The notes under the pieces: model-generated
What the model was told of the DNA's origin: nothing
The model's database searches: none
What the model saw: the letters and a program-made list of their open reading frames with translations, nothing else
In this document: positions 62,055-64,000 of the stretch, one piece after another
Layout: the number at the start of each line of letters is the position of its first letter
How positions within the stretch are numbered: the stretch's first letter is position 1
Made by a program: the position numbers and the translations under genes
Assembly (NCBI GenBank): GCA_001643675.2
Contig: LSRY02000002.1
Span: 1,178,001 to 1,242,000, forward strand
Source: Monocercomonoides exilis PA203
Lineage: Eukaryota; Protista; Preaxostyla
Direction of reading: 5' to 3'
DNA length: 64,000 nt

Positions 62055-62206
62055 ATTTTTATTGTGGGTAACAATTGTTTGTTACTCATTTCTGTTAGTT
62101 ATTCAAAAACAATAATAAAAGTCCAGAATAACTGTTTGGTATTTTGATTTTATTGAACAATAAATATTAGTTATGGCCATCAAAAAATAAACCCATACGG
62201 TTAAAA

Positions 62207-64000
62207 ATGAGTCTTTTTAGGTTCGAAAGTGTTTTGCTTAATCTACGATTTACAATTTTCTTTATTTGATATTATAAATATGATAAAATTTGTTTATATA
62301 GCACAAGAGAGTGGTGGTCTCACAAAGTTTCAAGTAATGAAGAGTATGGAAATCTTTCATTGTGCGTTGGAAATATCGACAATGAACCTTTAGCACGAGG
62401 TTTGTTATACATGTTTTATAATGTGCTTCTAAGTATCTATGACTCTACGATAAATGTTTTGAATACTTCATATTTGAAATTTCATCAACATTATTTTGAA
62501 ATTATTGTTTCATAATCATGATATCGCCACAAATATGGAAACTTTTTTTTTGAATTTTGATAACCATTTATAGACAAAATTGTGACTGGTTCATTTCAAG
62601 GAACACTTCGAATTTTTCTCCCAAGAAAGAACGAATACAACATGAACGATTTGATGCTTGAAGAAGATCTTGGTCAACCTATTCTCCAAGTTGCAGCAGG
62701 GAAGTTTCTCGCAGGATCTAAAAAATTAGCATTGGCCGTGCTGCACCCCCGAAAACTCGTGGTGTATTCAGTGATAACAATGGATATGGGAGGAGGACAA
62801 GCTTTTTCTGCTGATGAAGGTTGCTTTTATGCACTGTCAAAGAACTATGAGCATAAACTTCCAAGAAATGCACATTCAATGGTTTATGGACCATTTGGCG
62901 GGCAATATGACAGAGATTTTATTTGCGTTCAGTCAATGGATGGGTGCTATTCATTTTTTGAACAGGAAGTTCGAGGTTTTGACAGAGTTCTTCATGACTT
63001 CTTGCTACCTGGTCCTTTTGCTTATTTACAAGTTTGTTGCACTTTTATTTAAAGCATAAGTTTATTTTTTATTTTTTATTTTTTTTAAAATGTGATATAT
63101 CTTTTTATAAACACATTACAAACCTTGTTATTTTTTTCAATTAAAATTTTTGTTTAGTCACGCGATGCCTTTGTTATTGCGCTGTCAACAATGGAAGTTG
63201 TATGCATCCGCTATCAGACCTTTGCGAAGTCTATAGGCTCCACTCCACAGTACGTACACAACATTACACCAGACGATACAACCAGCCTGTTGGGACAAAT
63301 GGCTATTGGCGGAGTTGGAAGCACTCAGGACTTCTCCACAATCCCAACACTCGCACACCAACCGCTCCCAGAAGAGAAAGGGCGCATCGGCGTAGCAGCC
63401 ACCTCCCCATCAGCTGTGTCTTCTTCCTCTTTCTCGAAGCAGCTCAGAGAAGAATGGCGCACCTCCATTGGCGAGCACGTCGTGTCCATCCGCATCGGCC
63501 GCTGCACAGAGCATCTCGAAGCATCTCAGAGCGACATCCTCGTCTGCGGCACACACACGCTCTTCACACTGAAGGAGTCCGGAGATATCCGAAGGCAGCG
63601 GAGGAACGAGCGAGAACCCGCTATGATGACAACATTCTCACTCGCCCACGAAGAAAGAGGCGGTGCAAACAAAGAGCATCTTCTTGTCGCCACTTTCGAT
63701 GGGCTTTTGCTGGTGATGGACGATCAGACGCTGAAGTGGGCGTCGACAATCGACCGGGTGCCCACAGCCATCTGCGTGGGAGTCTTTGGCGATGTGCGGG
63801 GGCTGCTTGTGTGTCTGTTTGAAGACGGGGAGGTGAGGGTGTGCTATTTGGGCTCAGACCCCGTCAGCTCGAAGATCCCCGCAGCAAGTGGGAAGGAGCT
63901 GAACTACGAGGAGATGGAGAAAGAGCAGAAGAGGCTCAGGCAGATCATCAGAGACAGCTACAACCTCTTTGGCGGTTCATCATCTTCTTCTTCATCTTCT
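62207..64000 (+). CDS. BBS9: BBSome subunit BBS9/PTHB1, 5' part (runs off the window)
   Basis: MSLF|STREWWS...LCVGNIDN|DKIVTGSFQGTLRIF...PILQVAAGKF...LAVLHPRKL...GPFGG..DFICVQSMDG...FLLPGP. Confidence 0.95.

Noticed and set aside
1-64000. CRISPR array, operon or prophage-like system
   Set aside because: There is no repeat-spacer periodicity. The DNA is eukaryotic with spliceosomal introns, and the two prokaryote-type genes are 25 kb apart and unlinked functionally.

Overview
This is AT-rich, intron-rich eukaryotic DNA using the standard code. It is most likely the oxymonad Monocercomonoides exilis or a close relative, inferred from a lineage-specific 'MKETNNTKKFT...' gene family member, short GTTTG...AG introns and poly-Ser inserts. 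Positions 1-12.7 kb are a transposon and pseudogene graveyard. They hold three pogo/Fot1-type transposase copies, one still bounded by TIRs and TA, with an 8-bp-TSD element inserted inside its coding region, plus nested MITEs. A near-perfect 1-kb foldback element lies at 19.4-20.4 kb and a decayed Merlin/IS1595-type transposase at 54.5-55.7 kb. The rest is tightly packed housekeeping genes: RPL23A, a DHHC palmitoyltransferase, tRNA-Arg(UCG), NAA15, ATAD5/Elg1, ESF2, RPF2, a long-chain acyl-CoA synthetase, USP14, a SCAF4/8-like CID protein, an AAC4-like protein, WDR4/Trm82 and BBS9 (truncated by the window end). The most notable genes are two intron-bearing genes of prokaryotic type: an XdhC/CoxI molybdenum-cofactor chaperone with a new Cys-rich tail, and a stand-alone 3D (peptidoglycan-related) domain protein. 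Exon structures were inferred by eye and family assignments come from remembered motifs, not from database searches.
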